Positions 55,733-63,625 of a stretch of DNA of 64,000 nucleotides are shown here, in pieces (positions within the stretch are counted from its first letter, which is position 1; every line of letters begins with the position of its first letter). A program made the translations under genes and the position numbers. A model generated the notes under the pieces. The model searched no databases, had not been told where the DNA came from, and saw nothing but the letters and a program-made list of their open reading frames with translations. Origin of the DNA: a virus (lineage: Duplodnaviria; Caudoviricetes); IMG/VR virus record IMGVR_UViG_3300031718_000109, positions 771-64,770 of that record; one strand, 5' to 3'.

Positions 55733-56160
55733 CTCCCGGCCTCCTCAAGCCACAACCCAGCCTGCGCCAGCGCATTCAACACCATCTCACGGGCATGCGA
55801 CTTGCCGAGCTTGAGCGCGGCGGCTTTCGCGTCCGTGATCAGCTCCCGCGCCGACGGCTTAGGACGCGGCAAAGCGTCGGTCGCGATCGACAGGCTCATG
55901 CCGGTGAGCGTCTGCGCGTAGAGCGGCATCTGGACGGCGTTACCCGGGGCGCACGGCAGGCCAGCGGCCGGGGTAACGCCGTTGCCGCCGAGGTAGAGGG
56001 TCTGGGCGCCGATGTTACGGATCGTAAGCAGCGGATAGTCAACAGGCACGGTGTAGTTCACAGGCCACGTCACAGTGATAGGTCCTTGATATGCGGTGTA
56101 TGTGTGGGGGTCAGTAAGAGTGATGCGCAGAGGTCCCGGGGGGATAGGCGTCCACGTCAC
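55729..56160 (-). CDS. Protein with decoration-like beta domain
   Basis: LTIRNIGAQTLYLGGNGVT..GL resembles 26927-27259. Confidence 0.5.
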   Translation of the reverse strand: MTWTPIPPGPLRITLTDPHTYTAYQGPITVTWPVNYTVPVDYPLLTIRNIGAQTLYLGGNGVTPAAGLPCAPGNAVQMPLYAQTLTGMSLSIATDALPRPKPSARELITDAKAAALKLGKSHAREMVLNALAQAGLWLEEAGR

Positions 56161-56191
56161 GGGCGCACCCCCGGGCAGATGACGCGGCGGG

Positions 56192-56431
56192 TCACTTCAG
56201 GTCTTTGAGGGCCTGCGCGGCGGCTTCCTCAACGGCCGGAGCGGCCGTCTGTGCGGCTTTCCCGGCGTCCGTGGCCACAGCTGCCGCCTCGTGCTCCACG
56301 TCCGCTACAGCCGTCTCTGCGGCGGTTTCTGCGGCCTTCTCTACCGGTGGGGCGTCCTTCTCAAAGATGGCCTCCACCTTGTCCGCGAACTCATGCAGGG
56401 CTTCAGCGAGCCGGTGTAGCGCGTTCACCAT
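56192..56431 (-). CDS. Ala-rich hypothetical protein
   Basis: AAGGGA RBS. Confidence 0.55.
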   Translation of the reverse strand: MVNALHRLAEALHEFADKVEAIFEKDAPPVEKAAETAAETAVADVEHEAAAVATDAGKAAQTAAPAVEEAAAQALKDLK

Positions 56432-56687
56432 GGCGGTCCCTTACTCGTTTCTCCGCCTGAGCTTGCGCCGCAACACGGAGCGCGGTGAGATCGTACAAAC
56501 GCCGCCTCGCATGCCCAGGGTCCCGCTGAGAAGGTACCCGGTAGAGGGAAACCCAGTACCTGATAGTGCCCTCAGCAACCTTGAACATCGTCGCAGCAGC
56601 TTTAGCGTCAGCGAACAAGGGGGACCGCCCCCGTTCAAGCCGTTGCGCGGAGGGACGGCGCCTAGTGCGCGCCAATACCGAAAGCAT
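56403..56687 (-). CDS. MerR/excisionase-like HTH protein
   Basis: AAATMFKVAEGTIRYWVS...RRLYDL; start codon uncertain. Confidence 0.55.
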   Translation of the reverse strand: MLSVLARTRRRPSAQRLERGRSPLFADAKAAATMFKVAEGTIRYWVSLYRVPSQRDPGHARRRLYDLTALRVAAQAQAEKRVRDRHGERATPAR

Positions 56688-56725
56688 CGTTGGTGATCTT
56701 CATCGTGTCAAGTGCGGGCATGCGA

Positions 56726-56757
56726 AAGCCCCCGAACCCTTCCCGGGCCGGGGGCTT
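56726..56757 (-). terminator. Intrinsic terminator
   Basis: aagccccg...cggggctt-type hairpin followed by T residues on the minus strand. Confidence 0.5.
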
Positions 56758-56769
56758 GCCGGTGGCTCC

Positions 56770-56997
56770 TTAGGCCGTGACCGCCACCACCATCAGCGGG
56801 CTCAGGCCATCGTGGCCCTTCAGCGCCAGCGCCTCGGAGGTGTGGAAGGTAACGTAGTGCAGCTTGTTCCAGGAGTTGAAGTAGACGCCTGCGTGGGTGA
56901 AGACCTTGACAGACTTGCGGGTCTCGGTGAAGGTCTCGTCCTCGATCGTCACGGTAACGCTGTAGGTGGCCTTCGCGGTGGTCTTGGTGGCGGTCAT
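56770..56997 (-). CDS. Hypothetical protein
   Basis: GAAGGAG RBS after the promoter motif. Confidence 0.6.
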   Translation of the reverse strand: MTATKTTAKATYSVTVTIEDETFTETRKSVKVFTHAGVYFNSWNKLHYVTFHTSEALALKGHDGLSPLMVVAVTA

Positions 56998-57035
56998 TTT
57001 CAGCTCCTTCGCGGCGCCCGTACTTCGGGCTACAT

Positions 57036-57069
57036 GAGTAGCATAGCATAGGTGTATCACCCCCGGGAA
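57036..57069 (-). promoter_or_regulatory. Repeated phage promoter motif
   Basis: TTCCCG-18-TATGCT with TGC extension and ACTC. Confidence 0.6.
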
Positions 57070-57101
57070 GACCCCGGGGGTGACCAATTCCACCTTTTTC
57101 T

Positions 57102-57626
57102 CTACACCAGGGAGCGGAAGTACTTGAACACCCCCGCCCAGTCCGCACTCTCGATCGTTGAAGTCTTCAGCTCCGACCGGTCCCGCAGCCACTCCCCCGC
57201 GCCCTTGCGGAACGCCTCCACGCTTTCTAGCGACAGGTGCTCCCACACCTCACCGTTGCGCCACGACGTCGGACGCTGGTCGGTGGAGTAGAACTTGTGC
57301 AGGTTGCGGATCACGCTACGGGTGGAGGCCGCGTTCGGCTTGGGCGCCTGCGCGGCGATCATCTCGCGGCCCAAGGCCGTGACCTCAATCAGCTCGCAGC
57401 CGCCCGCGTCACGCACGTCCCAGTTCTGCTTGACGATGCCGCAGTCCCGCAGGTCCAGGATCATCGCCCGGCTCATGACGTGGGAACCGTTGATGTACAG
57501 ACCGGCCGCCTTGGCGGGTCGGCCGGGTGCGGAGCGCCAGCCGTTGGAGAAGTGGCCGCCGTGGGCGGCGAGGAGAGTGAGGATCTGGGTCTGCTTCCAG
57601 GTGAGCTTGGTGATCTGCTTGTTCAT
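57102..57626 (-). CDS. Hypothetical wHTH-like protein
   Basis: AGGAG RBS; LTWKQ..IL..L; L.D.GIV...VTALGRE. Confidence 0.6.
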   Translation of the reverse strand: MNKQITKLTWKQTQILTLLAAHGGHFSNGWRSAPGRPAKAAGLYINGSHVMSRAMILDLRDCGIVKQNWDVRDAGGCELIEVTALGREMIAAQAPKPNAASTRSVIRNLHKFYSTDQRPTSWRNGEVWEHLSLESVEAFRKGAGEWLRDRSELKTSTIESADWAGVFKYFRSLV

Positions 57627-57663
57627 TTCGGTCTCCTGTCCGGCGCCTGTCTCTCAGGCCTAG

Positions 57664-57690
57664 GAGCAATGTAGCATAGCCACGTGGAGG
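57664..57690 (-). promoter_or_regulatory. Repeated phage promoter motif
   Basis: TGC-TACATT-GCTC. Confidence 0.6.
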
Positions 57691-57743
57691 GACGCTACCA
57701 CCCCCGACAAGCGAAAACGCCCCTCCATGGGCACACACTTGAA

Positions 57744-58127
57744 TCAATCAACCAGAGAACTCGTGTACTCCCGGATATTCGCGCACACAATGTCCGCCGT
57801 CACCAACGTCGCCCCCGCCTCCGCGTGATCCGCCGCCATCAACAACACCGCCACCGCCACCGTCAACCCCACCCCCGGCTTCGGCGCCCAAGGCTCCAAC
57901 CTGCGCGCCCCCGCCCGCAACAGAGCCGGAACCGTCTCCACGCTCACCTCCACCAAGTCAATCCCATACGCCACCCCCTCCATCGCCTCGCGCAGATCCG
58001 TCAACTCCTTCGGCGCCCACCCATCAACCGTCAACCGCACCAACAAGTACGCATGCAGCCTCTTCGCGCTCTCCTCCAACGCGTCACGGATCAACGTGAT
58101 CTGCGCAAAGGTCTCTTCCAGGTTCAT
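57744..58127 (-). CDS. Hypothetical protein
   Basis: GGGAG RBS. Confidence 0.5.
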   Translation of the reverse strand: MNLEETFAQITLIRDALEESAKRLHAYLLVRLTVDGWAPKELTDLREAMEGVAYGIDLVEVSVETVPALLRAGARRLEPWAPKPGVGLTVAVAVLLMAADHAEAGATLVTADIVCANIREYTSSLVD

Positions 58128-58207
58128 TACGCTCCCTTCCGCGCCCGGTCCCTCCGAACTAGGGCCACGACGTCCCCTAGGGTCGCCGCAGCCCTGGCCC
58201 GCAGGGC

Positions 58208-58735
58208 TCACAGGCTCCAGCTGAGCACGTCCGCACGCCCGGTCCCGTACCCGAACTCGATCTTGGTGACCTTCACAGACACATCCAGGTTGAAATACAC
58301 ATCCACCGTCACCGACGCGCCGACCCGGTTGAGGTCCACGGCGGTGTCATCCTCCACCACGTACGGCAGCGGCCGAGTGTCGCTGACGAAGTACTCCACG
58401 ACCGGCGTGAACTGGAACCCGGTGCTGCCGACCGCGTACACGCTGTTGACCGGGTCAGTCTGGAAGTCGGTGGAAGTCAGGCCGGTGTGGCCGTTGGAGA
58501 ACGTCAGCGTCGCCTCGTAGTACTTCGTCCCCGGCTTCGGAGCGACGCGGGCAAGCGTGGAAACCTCCGCGACACTGCTGAGGTTCACCAGGACCTGCGA
58601 GTACCCGGGAACCGCGCGGTTCAGGCCGACGTCGCCGGTGTGCGCCGGGGCGTTCGCGGGGCCGCACGCGGACAGCGCGCCCGCCAGGGTCAGGCCCAGG
58701 GCTGCGGCGGTGAGGGTCTTGACGGTCTTGTTCAT
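58208..58735 (-). CDS. Lipoprotein
   Basis: Signal peptide with LSAC lipobox; Ig-like body. Confidence 0.7.
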   Translation of the reverse strand: MNKTVKTLTAAALGLTLAGALSACGPANAPAHTGDVGLNRAVPGYSQVLVNLSSVAEVSTLARVAPKPGTKYYEATLTFSNGHTGLTSTDFQTDPVNSVYAVGSTGFQFTPVVEYFVSDTRPLPYVVEDDTAVDLNRVGASVTVDVYFNLDVSVKVTKIEFGYGTGRADVLSWSL

Positions 58736-58817
58736 GATCTGCTCCTTCGTGTTGTCCGGTCTTTCCGGACTAGCCGGGCCCCACCCCGCAGGGTGGTTCC
58801 CAGCTGGCCCGAACAGG

Positions 58818-58964
58818 TCAGAACGCGTCCAGCAGTGCCCGCAGCTTGGCGACACCCTCGGCCAGTTCATCGCCGTAAGAGTCGTTGTCGATCTTCAGCC
58901 CGTCTGCGATGCAGTCGAAGCGCTCCAGGATCTCCAGGGCCTCGCGCCGTGCGATCTCGTTCAT
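58818..58964 (-). CDS. Small hypothetical protein
   Basis: AAGGAGG RBS after the promoter motif. Confidence 0.55.
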   Translation of the reverse strand: MNEIARREALEILERFDCIADGLKIDNDSYGDELAEGVAKLRALLDAF

Positions 58965-59002
58965 GGTGTCCTCCTTGTCGGTGCCCGCCGTTCGGGCTAT
59001 GT

Positions 59003-59035
59003 GAGTAACGTAGCATAGCCGATTGGGGATGGCAA
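59003..59035 (-). promoter_or_regulatory. Repeated phage promoter motif
   Basis: TTGCCA-17-TACGTT with TGC extension and ACTC. Confidence 0.7.
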
Positions 59036-59046
59036 ACCCCCAGGCC

Positions 59047-59379
59047 TCAGCCCATCCCCAGCAGCCGCAGCAACTCCCCACCCTCGGCCTGCTCCAACGC
59101 GCCAATCCGCTCCGACCGCAGATGATCCAGCACCAGCTCCACCAAGTCATCCCACGGCACCTGCACTGCGATCTCCTCAGGGCCCGTCTGCGACAGGCCG
59201 CCATGCTCATCCCGAACGTAGGAAGGCGCAGCCTCCCCGTCGGTCACCGGCATCCTGTCCCCCAGGCCCCGACGGTCAGCCTCCGAGCCTAGGACGCGCG
59301 CCGCGAACACCACGTGCCCCCGAGCCCCGCCGCCGTGGTAGAGGTTGCCGAGCTTCGTCCGCGTACTGCGCATGATCAA
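59047..59379 (-). CDS. Hypothetical protein
   Basis: Translationally coupled ORF. Confidence 0.45.
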   Translation of the reverse strand: MIMRSTRTKLGNLYHGGGARGHVVFAARVLGSEADRRGLGDRMPVTDGEAAPSYVRDEHGGLSQTGPEEIAVQVPWDDLVELVLDHLRSERIGALEQAEGGELLRLLGMG

Positions 59380-59566
59380 CGCCCCCTGCGCAGCAGCAGG
59401 TTGGTGAAGGACGCGATCAGGACAGTGCCGACCGCGACCGCGAACAGCTGCAACGGGCGTTCCGCGAGATCCACGAGCCAGCCGCAGAACGTGTTGAACG
59501 CCTCGGTGAGATCGTTGACGGGCATGATGTTCTCCTTCCGGGTGGGGCCGGGAGGTCCAGCCCTAT

Positions 59567-59598
59567 GAGTAGCGTAGCACACTCCCTGGGGTTCGCAA
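59567..59598 (-). promoter_or_regulatory. Repeated phage promoter motif
   Basis: TTGCGA-16-TACGCT with TGC extension and ACTC. Confidence 0.6.
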
Positions 59599-59836
59599 CA
59601 CCACACATACACCTCCATCGAGTACCATCACGAACGTGACCACCAACCGCCTCGCCGCCCTACGCTGCGCGATCGAGATCTGGTCCACCCAGGCCAACGA
59701 CAGCACATGGCCACCCCCACCAGCAGAAATCCTGCGACTAGCCACCGAGCTAGAACAATGGCTCGACCGCCCGCAGGACCGACTCACCCTCACCGCCAGC
59801 AACCTGCGCCCCATCACATAGACGAAAGGCACCGCC

Positions 59837-60166
59837 ATGGCCAACCCCCAGGTCCCCGTCAGCTACGAATTCACCCTCACCGTCAACCCCGTCGACATCG
59901 AAGGCAACCCCGTAGCCGACACCATCACCTGGACCAACTCCGACACCACCGGCGCCACCACCGTCACCCCCGGCGCCACCAGCCTCGAAGCCACCATCGC
60001 AGTCCCCGTCCTAGCCACCCCCGTCAGCCCGCTGCCGGTAGGCGTCATCATCACCGCGACCGACGCGAACGGCATCACCGGCACCTACGCCTTCGACGTC
60101 GTCGCCGACGTCGCCTCCTCCTTCACGCTCGCAGCCACCACCCCCGTGAAGATCCCCGCAGCGTAG
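59837..60166 (+). CDS. Ig-like beta-sandwich protein
   Basis: GAAAGG RBS; D.EGNPV...ITW.NSD...ITAT. Confidence 0.6.
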   Translation: MANPQVPVSYEFTLTVNPVDIEGNPVADTITWTNSDTTGATTVTPGATSLEATIAVPVLATPVSPLPVGVIITATDANGITGTYAFDVVADVASSFTLAATTPVKIPAA

Positions 60167-60190
60167 ACTGGCACACGCCACTACGAACAA

Positions 60191-60225
60191 AGCAGGGCCC
60201 CCACCGTCCGGTGGGGGCCCCTGCT
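60191..60225. terminator. Hairpin between convergent genes
   Basis: agcagggcccccacc-gtcc-ggtgggggcccctgct. Confidence 0.65.
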
Positions 60226-60230
60226 GCGTC

Positions 60231-61013
60231 CTACCGGCCCTGCCCGTTCTCCCGCGCCCACTTGCGCAGGTCCGCATCCACCTTCTTGGCGGCCTTGGCC
60301 TGCGCCTGCGCGTAAATCTCCCGGCTACGGCCGTCCACGTCCGCCGCACCCTCCAGCCGCGCGATGGACCGCGCCAGCCGGATGGACTCCACCGCCCACT
60401 TGTCATGGTCCGGGTGCAGCTTGCCGTCCCGGCTGTACCAGTCCATGTCCCAGCAGCGGGACGCCAGCGCGTTACGGGCGCCGCGCTCCGTCTTCGGGGT
60501 ATCCATGCCGACCTTCAGCGGCTCACCGTCGTCACCCCTGGGGGTCAGCGCGTCCTTCTCCGCCTTCGCCGCATCCTTCGCGGCACGCGCTTCCTGCTTC
60601 TGCGCCTCGCTCTTGCGCTCAGCCTCCCGGTAGGCCGGGTCCACCGGCGCCTGCGGGAAGCACACCGTGCACATCAGCGTCGTGTACTTGGCGATCATCT
60701 CGGTGACCGTGTTGCCGGACTCATCCGGCAGGAACGAACGCAACGTGTCGTGGCGCAGAGTCGAGCAGCCCTCGAAGTGCACGTGTCCGTCCGGGACCAC
60801 GATGTACCGGGTCCAGCCGTACGCGGTGTGCAGGCCTTCCAGGGCGGTCAAGGCCTCATCCAGCGCGTAGCCCTTGGCGGTGGCGCGGTCCAGCTTGGCG
60901 CCGGTCTGCTCGGTCTTAACCATCGCGGTGCGCAGGCGGCGAACGCGGCCCAGTTCCATGGACAGTTCGACCAGCATGTTGTCGATCGCCTTGGGGTCTA
61001 CCGTCTTGTTCAT
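60231..61013 (-). CDS. Conserved actinophage hypothetical protein
   Basis: GWTRY..V..GHVH..CSTL...LP..SG...MCTVCFP.AP. Confidence 0.7.
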   Translation of the reverse strand: MNKTVDPKAIDNMLVELSMELGRVRRLRTAMVKTEQTGAKLDRATAKGYALDEALTALEGLHTAYGWTRYIVVPDGHVHFEGCSTLRHDTLRSFLPDESGNTVTEMIAKYTTLMCTVCFPQAPVDPAYREAERKSEAQKQEARAAKDAAKAEKDALTPRGDDGEPLKVGMDTPKTERGARNALASRCWDMDWYSRDGKLHPDHDKWAVESIRLARSIARLEGAADVDGRSREIYAQAQAKAAKKVDADLRKWARENGQGR

Positions 61014-61051
61014 CGTGTACTCCTTCCGGGTGCCCGTCGTTCGGGCTACAT

Positions 61052-61084
61052 GAGTACTGTAGCATAGGCACGTGAGGAAGGGAA
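61052..61084 (-). promoter_or_regulatory. Repeated phage promoter motif
   Basis: TTCCCT-17-TACAGT with TGC extension and ACTC. Confidence 0.6.
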
Positions 61085-61119
61085 AGCCCTCGAACCTGAC
61101 GGATCCGAGGGCCCACCCG

Positions 61120-62666
61120 CTAGAACGGCCAGGTACCGTTCCGAGCGTCATCCAACAGCGGGATGATCTTGAAGCTGGCGTCCGAGAGCCCACCGAACAC
61201 ATGCCGGTTGTCCTTACCCGACGGTGCCGAACCCATCCGATAACCAGCCAAGTTCCATGTCAACACCGGAACATCCTTCGGCACCGCCGCGTACACGTCA
61301 TGCGCCCCGTGGTACGCCGCCTGCTCATCCGTCAACACAATCACCCGGTCATGCGCCCGGTAATGCGACGCCACCGCCTGAGCCGTATACGTCCCACCCA
61401 ACGCGGTGAACTTCTCCACCAGCCGCAGCACCGAGTCCCCCTTACGGAACCCGACCTCCCGCGAGGAGGAGCCGAACTCCACCAGCGTCGCATTCGCCGC
61501 CCGCAACGCCAACGCGCTGCCGAACAGCGCCGCAGAATCCGCGCGGTTCAGCTGCGTCTTCTCCGACAGCCCACTGAACATAGACCCGGACCGGTCCACC
61601 AGGATCAACGTCCGGCCCGCAAGCTCCGGAACGTTCGCCAGCGACCTGTTCAGCGCCTGCTCCAACGGCCACGCCCACCGCAACCCAGCGTTCTTATACG
61701 CCGCCAGGAACCGGAACGGGAACTGCCGGGACGCCTTGATCTCCTCCGGATCCACCAGCTTACGGATCACCGCGTCAGCAGCGCCATGTACCCCATGGAA
61801 GGGATCATCTTCTCCCACGCCTGGGCGTCCATCTTGCCCTGCTTCCACCCAGCGGTAGCCTCCCACGTCATCCCGGCCGCGCGCAGCTTCTCCGCACCGT
61901 CCTCAGACGCCATCAGAGCGTCCTTGCCCGCCTGGTCCAGGCTGGTGAGCTCCTTGCGCGCGGTAACCGTCTTCAACCGCGCGGACGCCGGGTCCTCCAG
62001 ATCCTCACGCCCGTGACGCCGGTCAATAGCGTGCTCAAACAGATCCCCCTGCCACGGCTTGTCCGCATCCGGCGCCGGGTGCACCAGCTCAATCACGTCG
62101 CCGATGCGCACGGCGTCACCCTGCGAGTCATACTTCAGCAGGCTCCGCTCGTTCAGCAACCGGCGTACCGCGTCACCCACACCACGCTTCACCGGCTTCG
62201 GCAGCGCCTTGCCGTACTTACTGATCCAGTACGCCACCAGCTCCGCAGGCTCATCCGCCCGCTGGCACGCCACATCACACACCTTGCGAGACGGCCCGGT
62301 GTCCATCCCCGGGGTCTCCGGGACCTTCGCATCCAGGCGTGCCTTGACGAACTCCGCAGCAGCCACCAGGGAAGCCGAACGCATGTTCGCCTCCGCCCGC
62401 AGCCACGGAATCATCCGCATCACCCAGTCCGGGTCCTCCAGCGCGACCTGACGCACCAGCGCCTCAAACCGGCCGTCCCGATCCGACGCCGACTCATGGA
62501 AGGTGCTCTCGCCCACCATGTTGGTCACCGCAAGCAGAAACAGCTCACTCTTAGCGTCCCGGGCGAAACCCGGTGCCCCCAGCGCGGTACGGCCCGTGGC
62601 GGTGGTCTCCGTCTTCACCGGAGACGTCACCTGCGGCGTGACGGTACTGCGGTTGAACTTACTCAT
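61120..62666 (-). pseudogene. rsr: Ro60/TROVE-vWA RNA-binding protein, frameshifted near 61780
   Basis: TROVE half (RADEPAE, KPVKRG, MTWE, MGYMALL) and vWA half (RQFPFRF, LVDRSGSM, GGT, VLTDEQ, WNLAGY) are in different frames. Confidence 0.88.
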
Positions 62667-62702
62667 CCTCTTTCTCCCCTCGTGAGGGAAGGGCACGGCG
62701 CA

Positions 62703-62849
62703 GGGATGGTGCCCGAGATCAAACCGGTGATCGCTTTAGCGCTCTGCCGCTGAGCTACGTGGGACGAGGCCCCACGATGGGATTCGAACCCATGACCTCT
62801 TCATTAGCAGTGAAGTAAGCGAATCACAACGCGCACCGGGCACCACCCC
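62703..62849 (-). ncRNA. Y RNA (YrlA-like) A with permuted tRNA module, GCT loop
   Basis: 5' GGTGCCCGGTGCG / 3' TTGATCTCGGGCACC; anticodon, T, closed acceptor and D arms. Confidence 0.85.
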
Positions 62850-62858
62850 GACGCTAAC

Positions 62859-62964
62859 CCTCCCGAGATCAAAACGGCTCCGGGGTTGTCTGCCCCACAA
62901 GGGAGCTGACCAGGAATCGAACCTGGGTAACCGAAGTACCCCGGAAAAACCACGCACCGGGAGG
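62859..62964 (-). ncRNA. Y RNA B with T arm and acceptor-like hairpin only
   Basis: 5' CCTCCCGGTGCG / 3' TTGATCTCGGGAGG; CCAGG-TTCGATT-CCTGG. Confidence 0.8.
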
Positions 62965-62980
62965 TGCTTAAAGCTTGGGG

Positions 62981-63113
62981 GGCGCCTGAGATCAAAGTGG
63001 ACTCGGGGTAGTGAACTCTAACGCCCTACCAGCTGGGCTATACGTCCCGGAGGACATAACAGGATTTGAACCTGCGACCTTTAGAAGGACCCGATTCCGG
63101 CACACCAGGCACC
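62981..63113 (-). ncRNA. Y RNA C with canonical YrlA-type architecture
   Basis: 5' GGTGCCTGGTGTG / 3' TTGATCTCAGGCGCC; T, closed acceptor and D arms; TTCTAA/TTAGAG connecting stem. Confidence 0.85.
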
Positions 63114-63128
63114 GCTGTCAAACTGAAG

Positions 63129-63270
63129 TCCCGCCAGAGATCAAATTGGAGAGCGTAACCGTATGTCCTAGGCCGCTGGACGACACCAACCTTACGGCTG
63201 GCGGCGGGATTCGAACCCGCGTTCCACCTGTTCAAAGAGGAAGGAGCGCTTTCCGGCGCACCTGGCGAGA
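63129..63270 (-). ncRNA. Y RNA D with permuted Glu/Gln-like tRNA module
   Basis: 5' TCTCGCCAGGTGCG / 3' TTGATCTCTGGCGGGA; D arm TCGTCCAGCGGCCTAGGAC; CTTTGAA loop. Confidence 0.85.
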
Positions 63271-63273
63271 TGA

Positions 63274-63426
63274 GCAGGTCTGACCAGAGGTCAGGGCGGA
63301 GAAAGCAACGTTGATGTGTTATCCAATTACACCACCCCTGCATGGGTGCAGGGGGCGGGGCTCGAACCCGCATCACCGGTTCCGTAGACCGAAGGAGCTT
63401 TTTCCTACGCACCTGGTCAGACCTAC
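63274..63426 (-). ncRNA. Y RNA E with permuted tRNA-Arg(ACG)-like module
   Basis: 5' AGGTCTGACCAGGTGCG / 3' CTGACCTCTGGTCAGACCT; TCGGT-CT ACG GA-ACCGG. Confidence 0.85.
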
Positions 63427-63446
63427 TATGCAGTTGTCAAAGATCG

Positions 63447-63527
63447 GCCAGCCAGAGATCAAGAACGGGCCTACGGCGTAGTTTCACCAAAAGAAGTAGC
63501 CGTCACGCCCTCACGCACCTGGCTGGC
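63447..63527 (-). ncRNA. Minimal Y RNA F (no tRNA module)
   Basis: 5' GCCAGCCAGGTGCG / 3' TTGATCTCTGGCTGGC; TACTTC motif. Confidence 0.75.
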
Positions 63528-63586
63528 GCACGTTGGTGAGCTGGGGTGCGGGTGACTCGGGGGTTCAACCCGCCCCCCTGCTCTGT

Positions 63587-63620
63587 AAGTAGCGTAGCAC
63601 GTTGTCGGGGGTTGGGGTAA
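63587..63620 (-). promoter_or_regulatory. Promoter of the Y RNA-Ro60 operon (repeated motif)
   Basis: TTACCC-18-TACGCT with TGC extension and ACTT. Confidence 0.6.
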
Positions 63621-63625
63621 CCCAA

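Noticed and set aside
62703-63527. CRISPR array or ordinary tRNA genes
   Set aside because: The repeats are short paired motifs rather than identical direct repeats, no cas genes are present, and the tRNA arms are in permuted order.
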